From Octopus vulgaris (lineage: Eukaryota): a DNA stretch of 64,000 nt. Positions 63,466-64,000 of the stretch are shown here, piece after piece (the stretch's first letter is position 1; every line of letters begins with the position of its first letter). The stretch is taken from positions 56,420,001 through 56,484,000 of the forward strand of contig OX597833.1 of NCBI GenBank assembly GCA_951406725.2, given 5' to 3'. Below the pieces are notes generated by a model, which ran no database searches, was not told where the DNA came from, and saw only the letters and a list, made by a program, of their open reading frames with translations. A program made the position numbers and the translations under genes.

Positions 63466-64000
63466 GTCTAAGCCCTCAACAGTTGTTCCGTTTCAATTCT
63501 GCTATCTCAACACCTAACAACTGTTCAAGTGTCTCTCTCTGCTTTTCAAAACACCTTCTGAACTCTCCCAACCATATGCAGTTGTTCAACTCTAACTTAC
63601 CTTGCATTGATCACATTGATCTCACCTCACTCTTGATTGAATTTCTTGTTTAGCCTCACATTAATTATGATCAAGTAAACTTTTTATGAGAAAGATATTC
63701 CAGCTGTGACCACCACATCTTTCAAGAAGTCTATTTTAGACTACATACTTCCCTTGCTTTATTATGGATGGTATGATTCATTCTGAGTGGTATTTGTTTG
63801 TTATTTCTATCATGTTGAGTAACTAAATGCTCTTCACTGGCAACTCATCTCTTTGAAGTCATCAACTTTGGTGACTTCAATGTACACAAGCACCTTTTGA
63901 TTCTCCCATCAACACAAAGAAAGACACATTGAAGAATGTAAACCGCTATACATAAAAAAAATTTTTTAAATCAAGCTTGTTAAAGCTGGATTATCTCTGC

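Overview
AT-rich, microsatellite- and repeat-dense animal DNA. The repeat repertoire looks like Octopus (inference from remembered SINE families, not from a search). One protein-coding gene is well supported: the 5' part of a gamma-tubulin complex component 6 (TUBGCP6/GCP6) orthologue on the minus strand. It has 12 coding exons between 23560 and 2297, all with GT-AG introns and matching phases, giving 1581 nt or 527 codons, and it continues past the left edge. No second gene could be assembled in 28-64 kb. The rest is transposon-derived: RTE- and CR1-type LINE ends, several tRNA-derived SINE families, mariner and DD37D remnants, piggyBac-, hAT- and Merlin-like MITEs, non-autonomous Helitrons and a probable solo LTR. 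The most interesting signal is a set of short non-coding elements from at least five unrelated families that each carry a minimal type I hammerhead ribozyme (HHR) motif with a palindromic stem III, as known from Penelope-like elements and retrozymes. They include a tRNA-headed (Pol III-type) HHR element at ~7.0-7.4 kb, two terminally redundant units of 353 bp and 482 bp at 38.0 and 58.0 kb, and sense-oriented HHRs inside TUBGCP6 introns. All homology statements come from reading the sequence and remembered motifs; no searches or folding programs were run.
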